Below, one piece after another: positions 34,701-47,900 of a stretch of 64,000 bases of DNA. The stretch spans positions 16,864,001-16,928,000 of the forward strand of contig OZ365113.1 of assembly GCA_977030845.1 (NCBI GenBank), written 5' to 3'. Both the position numbers and the translations under genes were made by a program. The notes beneath the pieces are model-generated. The model was not told the DNA's origin and did not search any database. It was given only the letters and a program-made list of their open reading frames with translations. This DNA comes from Fimbriosthenelais zetlandica (lineage: Eukaryota). Within the stretch, counting starts at the first letter, position 1. Each line of letters starts with the position of its first letter.

Positions 34701-37700
34701 CATCTTGCTGTCAGCCTATTCAGAGCGCCTAATGGTGAAGACCAATCGGATTAGTGATATATGGCCGGAAGAGAAGTTTCGTATGGAAAACCAGGAGCGA
34801 GGCTGGTAGATGATAAATCAAAACAACCATACTTTACTGTATTGTCACGTATGCATTTTCACAATAAAGCATTGCTCAGCCTTCCGTATACATTTTCTTC
34901 TTTCTTATATGTACAATGTATTAAGCTCTGATTAATTTTTACAATATTTCCATAGGCAAATGGGATATGAAGGCACGCCAGTCGCCTAAACACATAACTA
35001 CGTATGATCCATATTTGTACTAGAAATATGATCCCATAAATGTAAATCAGCAGAACAGTGGAAGGCAGAAATGTCAGGTATATTTATACAAGTTGCCTGA
35101 TTCTCTCTAATTGGATCAGCCTATATGCAGGCATGAGGTCTGACAAGCAGGCTGAGGCCTCATTAGGTAACTTTCATTTTTGCCTGTCATTCAAACCAGA
35201 TTGGATTTTCCAGCTGCTGGGCTTCATTATGAGTTGCTGGGAGGCTATACTGACGTCTGGTAGGCGATGACGGGCGACTTTGATGTGTCAGGGCAACATT
35301 CTGGTATTGGGAGGGACGACAAGTGTGGATGGGCATTCTAAAAGTACCTTATATCTCAGAGATAATGACTGCATCACTTCTTCACATATTTATGAGTGTG
35401 GGGCATAATGACATTCCGACTTTTTCTTAAAATAATGTAATGTAATGAAACATTACAATGAATGCAGGACATGCTATTAAATTAAAAATTTCTATGAATA
35501 TGGAATACATTCAATATTTGATGAAAATTCATGAATACCAAACGTGAAACAAGATAAAATGGTGGGATTACTAAGATAATTCATTAATCATATTGTATGA
35601 ATTGTTCACATGCAGATTCTGGCCGTAATAATGTATATATGCTGCCTCAAATGACAGACATAGCTGGCGGTGACTCTGACAGAAGGATGGCATTTCAGCG
35701 AACCACTGACTTGATGTCTCCATGCTTTTCTCTGAGGCTCAGGGGCTGATAGAGGAATACTGGAAGTGGAGACCACAAGTCCTTCTGACACCCTGATGGG
35801 GAATAATAGAAGGAAACACCATGTAATGTAATCAACTAATGATCCATGCCTTCAAGGAGAGGTGCCGCAGAAAGCTGCATGGGAGAGGTAGGTAGATGGG
35901 GATATTATGGTTTGGGCAGGAGAAGGAAGACAAGAGAGATAGATAGAAGAGGAGAGATGCAGATCAAGCATCAACATTGGGTTGGATTTCGCCATGCAGG
36001 AGCATAACACTTGGAAAAGAATACCCCTCAATTGCACCAGGAGGCAAGCCAGCTGTTCCTGAATTACATTCAGCGAATCAAATGACAGGCCTCAAAGACA
36101 TAGAAGCTGGCCAGATTTAATTGCAGCATTCATTTGAGAGTCTGATAGCCTTCTCACATTTGAAGTTGAGAAGTTCAAACACTAGAATCGGTGTAAAAAT
36201 CATCATCAAAACTCTAGACCTGCTGAAGATTCTTGTTTTGAGCTTGAGGTTTCTTTTCCAGAGAGATGATAACGCAGCACCAGCATAATTAATTTCCACA
36301 AATTAAACTTCGGAATTAAATATCCCCCAGGGAGATTAGCCTTGTTAAAAATATCAATTTTAATGTGAACAATTCTTTTCACTTTCAGGGGCTGAACACC
36401 TGAACATTGCGCGGTGTTGGCGTGGGTTACATTGGTATTCACGGGTTACAATTTTGAGCATCACACTAGAGAACCGGGTGGTCTCATGGTTGTAATAATT
36501 TGTAATTTGGCCAAAGTTTGGCCACGCTTAGCTTCTTGATGGGCTCCCTGTTGTCAGTAATCGTTTTTCCCAACAGGCAGCGAGCGAGAAGGGCGCGACA
36601 GAGTCGGTGGGAAGTCAGTAGGCCAATGTACAAATAATTTAAGAAACATTTGTAATTTACCTGGCAATAAACATTGTATATAACGCTCTATATGCGTTTT
36701 TCTACATGGAGGAACACAAATATATCATTACCTGCTGATTTTTACATTATTCTCCCCATTATATATTGACAGTATCCATGCTGAGTGGTATTTACTATTA
36801 TGACTCCAGTCTCATTCCCATGAATAATTTCCCCTCATTTATTGAACTAGATAGATGGAAGAGGAACCTTATTCTTATTCAGGAACAAACTGCACTGCAA
36901 GCAGATCTTATTACTTTCGTTGCAGAATAGACATAATCAGGATTTGGGTCTGAGCTTGAGCCTCCTTACTTTGGAATGTATTTAGATAAACGCCAAGCTT
37001 TTTCGCAAAAACAAGATGCAAAATGGCTTGAACCTAATTCTCACCTTTTATTCAGGTCTCGCCTTTCTGTCCACACCTCTATAGAAGGAACAGAGAAATG
37101 CACTTCCAGGGGCGGGATGACTTAGAGCTTCTGTATTGAGAGGCTAAGCCCATTCTCATCCCATTCACCAGTCACATAAAGCCCATCTCCCAATCCTGTT
37201 GTTCACACCACAAAAGACCAGGAAAACACTTCCAGTCTACCTCTGACACGAGGCTGTGATAAAATTGCCATCTTACAGTATACTTTTTGCATGAGTGATG
37301 AGCTACCTTGATTATTATTCCAAGAAAGGAAATTCCCACTGACTCTCTTCAAAAGAAAAAGCCACAAAAGTCATTGCATGGAAGAGTCCTTTGAAAACAA
37401 AGCTTACAGAGGTAGAATGGAGCTGCCTATAAAATGAGAAAGAGGTGAGAGTAGGCTTGGATATTCAGGGAAAAACGCCACTGAAGGGTGAGGGATAGGA
37501 GTTTTAATCAGCAGCTAAAATCCAGGCAAGGCAGACCATCTTAAGTGGGCCCTAAACAGTAACAAAAGACCACCAAAGAAGTGAAAATGACAAATTAAAA
37601 CATCCTCCATTAGGTTTCACCCGAAACATCTGTGACCATGCAGTGTGAAGGCTTTGGCGAATAAAAATACCCTGCAGCATCAGAGGGAGTTACATGGGAA

Positions 37701-38886
37701 TATCATTTATCCCGATCAGCATTATTTTCTATAGCAGGAAGGCACACACAACCATCGCCATCACAGAGATAAGCACAATTGCCAGATCGACATGATAAGC
37801 CTCGGTACAAGATGAACAGACATTCTGGCCGTCTTATCACTTGTCACATTGTCTCCATATAGATGGGTCTATACAACGATCTCTTATCTTTTTATGTAGC
37901 TGCATGCTACATAGTGATTTCTATAGCAATGCGTTTTCTGGGGTCATATCAATCAGCATAAAAATTAATATGTAGCTGTGATAAGGATTATTCTTCTGCA
38001 TGGGGCATGTGTGAATTGACATATTAATTCTCTTTTCCTTCAAGTCCTGGTAAAAAAAAAACCTTCAAGTTATCTCAATAGCCTTTCAGTTCTGCTCAGT
38101 CTCCTCAACGAAAAAAAAATCTCCCTACATCTGTGTAACGTTTCATGGTAATGAACGTTTATAAGTGTTGTAGATAAGTAAAGTTCAGTATGTCAAATGA
38201 TGAAGATAGCTGTTCTCCTGTATCACCACTCTATATAAACACCAATAAGGCTTCATCCCTCCAACATACCAAGACTCTCTAAAATAGATAAGCGTTTCCA
38301 GTTTGGTGAGCTGGATATTTATAGGAGACCAGCTACCTCTATTCCGAGGTTGTCTGCGTATAAGAAAAGGTTGTAAAAACTTCAACAATTCCCTCATCTA
38401 ATAGTTGTAAAATTCACAGCATATTTAGCCTCCCTATGTGGCACATATAGACGCACAACTATCTTAGAAGAACTGTATTAAATATTTTTCTAGGGTCCAA
38501 GATGTATCGTCAAGATTCGTACGGAACATGACCCAAGTAAATGATAACAGGTGTTCTCTATATACCCAGCTAGAGAGTGAGTTATTCACGTATATAGGTG
38601 GATGAAAATGATGAATGCTGCCAGTCATTGTGTAAGAAAGCATGGGCAAGAGAGAAATACTCACAGCCATGGTAGAGAGAAAAAAACCAGACATCTCATA
38701 ACATATATACTGTCTGAACATATAATTATGTGATATATACATCTTATCATGCCATTGCTAGCTTGTGATCTACTCTAAATATACTCAAGAACAATCTAAT
38801 ATCAAGTGTACACAATGAGACGAGGTAAGAAAGTTGCTATTTGGTCCAGAATTATTATTGTCAAGTTAAAAGTAGATGGTTATTAA

Positions 38887-38968
38887 GATGGATGGATGGA
38901 TGGGTGGATGGATGGATGAGTGGATGGATGGATGGATGGATGGATGGATGCGTGGATGGATGGATGGG
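38887..38968. repeat. (GGAT)n microsatellite, ~20 imperfect copies
   Basis: Directly visible; explains the WMDG-type pseudo-ORFs. Confidence 0.95.
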
Positions 38969-41900
38969 TTCTACATCCACAATCCCACCACTAGCCACTC
39001 GATCCCATCAGCTCAGTCGATGGCCTGGCCCCAGGTGGTTTTACTAGGATGGCTGGGCGCACACATGTAGGCTTGGGTGGCAGCCAGCCTATATCTTTAC
39101 ACCCCATAACCAACGTTACAGTCACTCCTATTAGTGTTTACTGAGATATCGGGATATTAATCACCGTTTAAATGCAAGAAGACTGTGATCCCCCTCGTGA
39201 TTTATTTTCTAAATACCAAGGGATGTATGTCCATAGGAAAAAAATAGGACAACAAAGCAAGCGAGAACCAGCACAAAGATTTATCTGAGTTTAAGTTGTG
39301 ATTAAGGTAAATACATGGGACCAAAACAAATTTCCATGATCGTCATTGATGAATGGCAAGTGCTACCTCTGTAACTCGCACAATCATGAATCATATATGT
39401 TCGTTAACGTTGAAGGTAGGACCCACAAAAATCGTTCGAAAGAAGTGGACGTCTGTAAGGTCCCTGTCACACATAGGCGTTTTTAAACCGCTTTACATGT
39501 TATCATCTTTCAATCTGGCTCTCCTACTGCGACCTAATAAGTATAGAAGTGTGAGAGAAAAAGTACGGAAGGTCTCTGTGGACGATTAGGTGATGCAGTT
39601 GCAGACAGCAGACGGTCGCCATCACAGTTTGAGTATAGTGAGGACAAACTTAGATCATCAGGGTTGTGCGCCAGAACCTTTTTCTAGTGGCAGAACCTTT
39701 TTCTGACGCACAATTAATGCGGTAGCCTGGAGGTTGCAGTTCCATGTGACAGGGGTATGAACAATAAGGTTCAACTCAGGACATTTAGATTTCATTATCT
39801 CTCAATAGGGGGACTTCAGCATCCAACATAAAATGTTTGATAAGAAATCAATAGACTCCACTTATATCATATGACCAAAGTATGTCACACCATTAAAAGC
39901 TCCACATTGCACATTACGCCAAGGCGCTGTACTCGGCGCATATTTCACGTTACATAACTGATCCAATATGGCAGCTTCTTCAAGAGCCCCATAATTGACT
40001 TAGTGGTGGTATTGTGGTCCTTTGGATCTACGCCTAATCTAATACGGAATGGCAGTTAGGGGAGACTATGGCAGGGTTGGCGGTATGGGAGGTGTGGGTA
40101 TTCAAGCGTATGGTGTACTCTCTGTAGTGCCTTAATACGATCAGTGTGCATTTTCTTCAGCCTATATTTAATTTCAGTTGTCTTGGAGCTTGGTACAGAT
40201 ATAATGTTCCAACCATAAGTTGTTTATTATGGGTACTTCTGTGAAAATCTGGCGTTGATTAAAATTCATTTTAAACTTTAAAAGCAAGCGGATAAAAAGC
40301 AAGATAATGGTGTCGCTGCCTGACTTCACAAATTAGGTTATACCAGCAGGTGCAGGGCAACCAAGGACACAGCTAGAGCATCCACAAACGTAGTTACTCT
40401 AGTTGAGACTTATTCTCATTAGCACGGGGCTTCCAAAGCCAAAAAGTTAAGCTTTGAAAAAGAGTCTATTCAAGAAATGTCGTGCACAACATGGGGCCAT
40501 CTGTGGCTCGTCACAATTGTCAATAGACCAAGAAACGGAACTAGCCTTAAGACATAGAAGGAAGACATTCATCTGCTCGAAAAAGTGTTCTGGGTCTGCA
40601 AGGAGTAAGTTTAATGAGTTGTATATTGCATTGAGGCTGAGGACATGCTAAATGGCAGCCGGGATCTAATTGAGGAGATGGAGTACCTATGCCTTACCAA
40701 TGTCCTCAGGCTACATCTCGTATCCCCAAGCAAAACGCCTGTCAATTGGATATCCCCATGAGACCTGGTGACAAGCTTGCCTGTCACTCACCTGCCTTTA
40801 TTAAATGAAACTTGCTCCTACCTTAAGCTTTATTAGGGTATCATTCACCCATTTCTAGAGGGCCCTCATAGCCTATAATTGATCACACTTTACAGAATAA
40901 ATCAGGGGAGAGAAGGGAATGTACTCGCGAGTCCTTACCTCAGGACGAGAGACCCAAGAGAGGCACAAATATAGAAAAGTCGCATGAGGTGATACTGAGA
41001 GGTATTGGATAACAATCCCCACTTCCACATTAAGCTGGGATTTTTGATAATATCATGTAGAATGCATTTAACCGATTCAAGATTTCACCATCCTATCACA
41101 AGGTATCACATCTTTTGAAGCCCCTGATGGTACACAAACTTCAATCTCATCTCTCCTTTTACTTACTTAATTTCATTAGACACTGACTGATTGACAAAGG
41201 GTTTCCATGGAATAGTGCAGCCTACAACACGAGAACAGTATAGGTCCTACATTATGTAGAGCAGATATACTCAGGAAACGTGGGGTCCTGAGGAAACGGA
41301 TACCAGGGTGGCAAATTAGAGGAAGGTAAGTGGGGAGGAGAAATGGATCCTGACAGCTGTCCAATTAGAGCTTGTACTTACCTTTAGGAATGTGTTAATT
41401 GATGAAGGTTACAGTGGGGTCTTGGCTCCCACGACAAGCTGCTGACCTACATCAATGTCAGACTATATCAGGCCCGTTACATGAGTATACAAGCTTCTCT
41501 AAGCCTTTAGCATCATATGATAATAGACTTCGAGGATAAGATTTGATATATAGCTCAGCCGAGTTCTTGATAAACAAGAAACCATAAAAACAAGAAGGCT
41601 GTATTTATGCCGTGGCTAATGATTTTGCGAGGTGACAGACAGTAAACACCAGACATTCTATGGATTAGTAACTTTTTCCGATTCCTTAAAAGCAAAAACA
41701 CACTCTCTATTTAAAGGCAATCTTCTAAGGTTGAAGGAACATATATGTAAAAACCGAAGTTATAGATGAATGCAGTTCAATTTTGCATTTTTACCCCGCA
41801 ATATATCTATTAAAGGCAGGGAATGAAGCTGAAATAGAATTCATTTAAGCAATGATTTTGTTTCAGCCCCCATGCCTGACCCCAGCGTCAGCTCTGGGAC

Positions 41901-44900
41901 CTGGGGTCCACTGGGTAGAGTGGTTGGGGCTAAGCTAAGTTGAGCCCCTAGATTGATGCCAGGTCCCAACATTACTTAACACCTACCAGAGGACCAGCAA
42001 CACCTAACACTCACCACCCTATTCTATACATGTTCCACCATATTGGCTGGCGCCCCTGTGTGGGCACAATGTAACAAGATGGCTTCTGCGCTACAATCCA
42101 CTGGGGCTTTGACTATGGCCACCAATTTTGGACTTCTGAAAAAAATACTTCAGAGAGGTTTCTTTGTTTCTAAACTGTTGTTCCATACTGCAAATAGATT
42201 CAAAAACCATATATATTCTTATGTATGAGACGATAAATAGATAATATCCCAATTCAGAACTAAAACTATGTTACGCTGGAAAAGCATCTTTTCCTCCGGG
42301 TCCAACCTTGTCAGCGTCTCCCAGCCCCCTCCTCGGCCCATTAATGCAGGCAAATCATTGCAACACTCTGCTGGAGCCCCGACAAGCGACCAAGGCGTGG
42401 TGATTAACAAGGACAATGAATCTTGTACAAATTGAGTCGCAGGGACATTGTCGCCAACATGACTGGCCGGACCGCCGTGGTAACGTCCTGACTGTAATAT
42501 TCATGTCATCCACCGACAGCCCATCCCTCATGAGCGGTGAGTTCTCCAACTCTGGCCAACACCCCTCTTATCACACTGATGGACGATGGATGTGGCCAAT
42601 TACCTCAGATTTTTCTATACTTTGGCCAATTTTGTGTGGAGGCTGATATCAGGGGAACACATTATGTACCATGGACCAGGGGGGAGAGAACCTGTCTTAA
42701 TTCTATAAGAGGAAAAAGAGCATGATGAAAAATAGGGAAGAGGAAATGGGGAGGAAATGAGGAGAAAAAAAGTAGGGAGTATGATAAATAAGATAAATAA
42801 TTCAGTAATCAAATTGCTTTTTCTGAAATTCCACATTCACAACACATCATCAGAAATATCCAGAACAAAACAAGCATAAAGCCATGAGGATGCAAAGCAA
42901 TCCTCCCAGTGATACAATATGATCCGTCCCTATCCAATTAATAAGGTACCTTGATGGATCGCTTAGTTACCATGAATGGGTATGACACGGGCCCTATTGC
43001 TATGCCATATGCATCCTCAGCCCCACCCAATAGGTATAAACACCAAGGATTTATAGTCAATATTACCATGTAAAGGCATTAGGCTCCTCACATAAATTCC
43101 AGCCTGGACTCAGCCCTACATATTCATAAACCAACAGTGCTATACCAACACGTGTAAATTCCATGCATAATAATTACTCCCGGTGGACCCAGAAAAAATA
43201 ATCTTCACTGAATAAAAACCTCATAAAAAATGCAAGAGTAAAGAGCAACAGTTTTCTGATAGTTTACACTGTATTAATTCCATAAAGGAACAACCAACAA
43301 GTTGAAATCTATGGAATACAGTTTTGAAGCCTCTTCTATTTCCATGGCTGATGTCCAATGGAACCCCTATTCAACGCATAATGGAATTTCCGCTGCATCC
43401 AGTCCACAAATACCATTTGATGTATTAGCAAGTTTGGCCGCACGAGAGTATAGGCTGCCGTCTTCATTGCTATGCCATATGCAATATGATGTGGACAGTG
43501 GTGAAGGCCTGCATGGTGTTGTCACCATCTCCCTCTATAACACCTCTCACTATGCTGCAGTATGATGATCGATGGGGTGTGTATGTGTTAGGGGGTCTGT
43601 CCCTCTCCCTATACTCATCCACCTTGATCCAGCCCCATATAATGCGCATTATTCCTAATGCCACGACCTTTGCAACAAAGGATATAAGCACGACAAATGG
43701 CTATAAGTTTCAAAGTGGAAATGAAATCTCCCACTTTCAATCGTGAGTTTGATTCACATGCTTTTGGATAAAATTTCGGTCATCTATCCATCCATTCATT
43801 CCCTCATAACAAAACGGGTAATCCATCCATATTTAAACGTCAATGGCCCATTGACAAAGGAATAAAGCAATAAGAATTCAGGTCACAGGAGATATGAGTG
43901 TTTGTTGGGAGTTGTCAATGTAAGTTCATACATAAGTATTCATATGTACATCATCGGAGAATAGACACATGTACTGTTTGTCCGCCGAGCTAGCTCTCAT
44001 TTCACTGTTGAAGGTCATATAATAAATCTTGATGGATGCTGGTGTAATCCAACACCAATGCCTCCAATGAATGTATGCGCAGAGTCACAGCATTGTAAAG
44101 TAACTCTCCATCAATTCAGCAATGGGGCTTCTAGAATTTCACTTTGTACTGTCCACACAATGTTTATGACATAGGTTCGACTACCATGTATAACAGCTGC
44201 TTATCTGAGAGAATGACATTGAATCCAATATCATATGCACAACTGAAAAGCACAGCATGGACAACACATGGAGCTTCGGGGAAAAGGAATCTGTGATTGA
44301 AAAGTGGATTCTACAAAGAAATGTCTTCTAAAGGGTATCAAAAAGTTTATTGAAATAGATGGAAATGAGATGGAGAGCAGGAAGAATTGTGGAGGCGTTC
44401 CCACGCTTGTTCCTTGTCATCTCTCTAGCCTTAAACCAACTAGTATTTTATCAGCAGCTGGTTCCTAATGATGAAAGGAGACTCAACGGGAGAAACTTTA
44501 ATTATTGGCAGGCCACCAGCAATAATGTCATAAAACCTACTTAAATCATATCCTACTGAGAAAATAGAGTATCAATCAGAATTAGCCGACCAAAAGAAAT
44601 TCTTCATGAATCGACAATATTTTGGCAAATAAATTTCATTTTGCCATTGAATTTGTGCTCTGTTCACTCAACACATGCTCGACATCTGAGCCTGAAAAGA
44701 GGCAGGGAAGACAGATGTATTCCTCTATCAAAAGTCCTATGCTTAAAGACTTGTTATAATGTTTTCCCATTCATTTTACAGTCCATTATTTTTACCAAAG
44801 CTCTCGCGCCAATGTGGTCCTGATCTATCATTTTTATAAGATTCTTTTCAGCAACTGTGGGGTCTTCGGTGTTTCAGAACAAAGTCTGTAGAGGCAGCTG

Positions 44901-47900
44901 GTCCTTTTACTAAAGTGAAATAACATACAAGTACAGCGTTAGAAGCCAAGGCAACCACCACACACATTCACAAAAGACAAACACGAAGAGCCTTTGTTCT
45001 ATAGAAGCCAGGGAGAGTGGTAAAGCTGTTTGTCGGAAGAAGAGGGAAGTTAGTTGTTTGATAGATGTGGGATTGATGAGAACATTATGTTCAGACTGGA
45101 CGTAATGCCTCACACGACGGGCAACATATTCACATCTTTGGGACACGTGAGGGGAATGTAATTTATAGTTGAAAAGTGACATAATATTATGTTCAATATT
45201 AACACATGGAACCAGTGTCAGAAGGGACCTCATTAGAAAAGAACCTGTTGCAATATTACATTCGTTCTGGCAATATTCGCATATACTTCGATTTATCTTA
45301 ATCAGATACACCAAGGTGTTGAGAGCAGAATAACTCTAAGACATCCCTAAAGACATTTTTTCAAATATGATACTTATCTTATGAACGTGTTATCAATGGA
45401 TCTGAACCCTAGTACGTTCCTTTTCATAAAGGCGATTGAAGAGAACACCTTCAAGAGTATATAAGAGCTACGCGGATGGTTAAACTTCATAAGACGTACA
45501 TAACATGGCGACCCTGGTTTCCTCCAATTGTCTACTCCAATCAGGAATGGAATGACTTACGTCCGCAACCCACATATCCACATTGACATTTCGGTTCAAC
45601 ATTTCTCACAGCTTCCTCTTACCAAGTTGTGTATAACGTTTGAATACCACTCAGTTAAACCTTGCTCAACACTGACTGAAATTCTATATTCACTAAATCT
45701 CGCCAAGAGCGAAAGACAATGAGTTCAGCTCATAAATAATATTCGCCGATTACTTATAGTGACATTTTGACATTTCCACTTGCTGGTTAAACATACGTTG
45801 GTGGTTGTAACGATGCAGTAGATCAGCATTGTTGTATATTACTTTGCTGGGCCCCAGTGTTTCTTTCATACAAAATTTATAGAGATAGTACAATAGTTGA
45901 GCCTAGAGGGGGAGATGAATTCCCATCCTTTGAGCAAAGACCACCACTCTGCCATAAAACATGCAAGTCATACACCAAAGATAAAACAATGATGCAGCTC
46001 TGGGGGCGAAAAAGATCACGTAAAAAGCACACATAATAAATAGGCAATGTTTTCCAGAGAATTCATCTTTTCCAGTGGCGGATCAAGGAATCTGTGGGGA
46101 GTAGAGGGGGTGCATCCAGTATGGTTGAGAGGGCGAGAGAGCAAACTGTTTTGAGTTCCTGTATATATACATGTTGTAAACATGAAAAGAACTAGAAAAC
46201 ATGAAAATGCTAGAGTTCTATGAGTTAGCGTATACGCTATAACTTAACTTAAAATAATGAGCCTAAAAACTTTTCAAAGGAGAAATCCTAATACTTGGGA
46301 GTATTGTCAAAGCTGGAAGGGGTGTATTTGAGAACCATCCATTCCAGGTTCTGCATCATGTAGTATTGCCTTGCAGGAGGATCAGGGTCTGTCCCCAGGA
46401 GATCGGAATCCACACAAGGAGATCCAGTCTCCTGTAGAATAGACTCGGTCCAATCAGATACTATAATGATATCTAACATAGAATCCGTTTAGAAGAAGAC
46501 TATAAATCGTCTTGACTGAAGACTGGGCCATAGATACAGGTCCCATCTGAACAGGACTCAATCCCCCTGCTGTAGACCAAGTATCAGTCAAAAACAACAC
46601 GCTGACGTACGTGGGATCGGGGAGAAAATATGCAATGCTGGCGCTACCGAAACATAAAAACATACTCCTCTCTTTACAGGACAATATCCAAACCAGTCAT
46701 GCCTAATGGATATGGAAGAAAAAGACCATTGAACAAATTTATGGATGGCTCTCTGATTATTTTTCTATTTTTGATTCCAACTTCCGGTAGCTATGTAATT
46801 ATAAAAATAATCAAGGATAAAACCTAGATGGGCACCTGGAAACAATATATCTTGTAGTTTTTTACTGTCACTGCAGGGGGAAGTAAAAAGATATGTTGCA
46901 TACTACATCATATTATGTCAATGATCATGGCCACAAGGCTACGTTAATTCCATTAAAACGATGTTCGCTGCCTGAGAATAAACAATATATGGGGTATAAA
47001 GCTCGATAATTTACAATTTATTAATAATTAGATTTTGTACATAATTATTGCATGGACAAATATATATTATCCTCAGTTCAAAATAATAGGATTCCCAGAC
47101 AGAAAAGTTTTCCAAGGGGAAGAGACAAGTCGAAAAATATGAGGAAAAATAGAACAATCAATATTTTTTGTTAAAGAGTTAAAAAGGGCAAAAAGGAGCG
47201 AAAGACACAGCCCGGGGAATCGATGGTCGGTAAAACTGGGAAGAGCGATACTGCAGCAATCTCGATGAAAAAGTAATCAAGCGTGAAAGAACTTCTTTTT
47301 CCGAATTTGAAAAATCTTTCTGAAGACAGAAAGTTTTTTTTTCGTTGCGAAATTTTAATTCCACAACAGTTTCACCACAGGATTTAGTCTGACCACAATA
47401 CTATGTATATCAACGTGGACAACGAAATCAGCGGAAAATAACCATAAACAGGCCATTCCTTTAACATAAACATTATGAATTTTATTTAATGAAAAATGTC
47501 AATCCCTTGTGTCCCAACCAGGCAAGCAAGATAATATCATTTAATGGAGCGGGCGCTTGGGGCATGTTTCCATGGGTAAGGCCTTGAAAAACCATGGGCG
47601 AAATTCCAGAAATAAAATAATAAGGAAGACAAGTTGTCATAACTGATTAATTGAATGCTGCAGTTTTTCCTTTGGACAAGGTCCAAAAACTCATTTGGAA
47701 ATGGCCTGAAGGTATGGGTAAAAGATTCAGGCAGGGTGATAGGAAGGATTGGGGGATGAATGGAAAAAGGGACAGATTAAAGGATAAGCAATGTCAGGGG
47801 TCTGTAAGTGAAAGCTTTTAGGCCATTTGTGCTCAGAATAATGAGAGAAAAGAGACCCTAAGAACATTATAAAGATAAACATATAGCCGAATAGCTCAGG

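Noticed and set aside
17012-36618. Shared 13-mer ggtgggaagtcag at ~17012 and ~36606
   Set aside because: Many 13-mer matches are expected by chance in 64 kb, and the flanks do not align.
46288-46684. Possible LINE endonuclease relic or coding exon (VLFLTDTW; ETGSPCVDSDLLG…)
   Set aside because: Only a vague motif resemblance, with no downstream endonuclease or RT motifs; would need a profile search.
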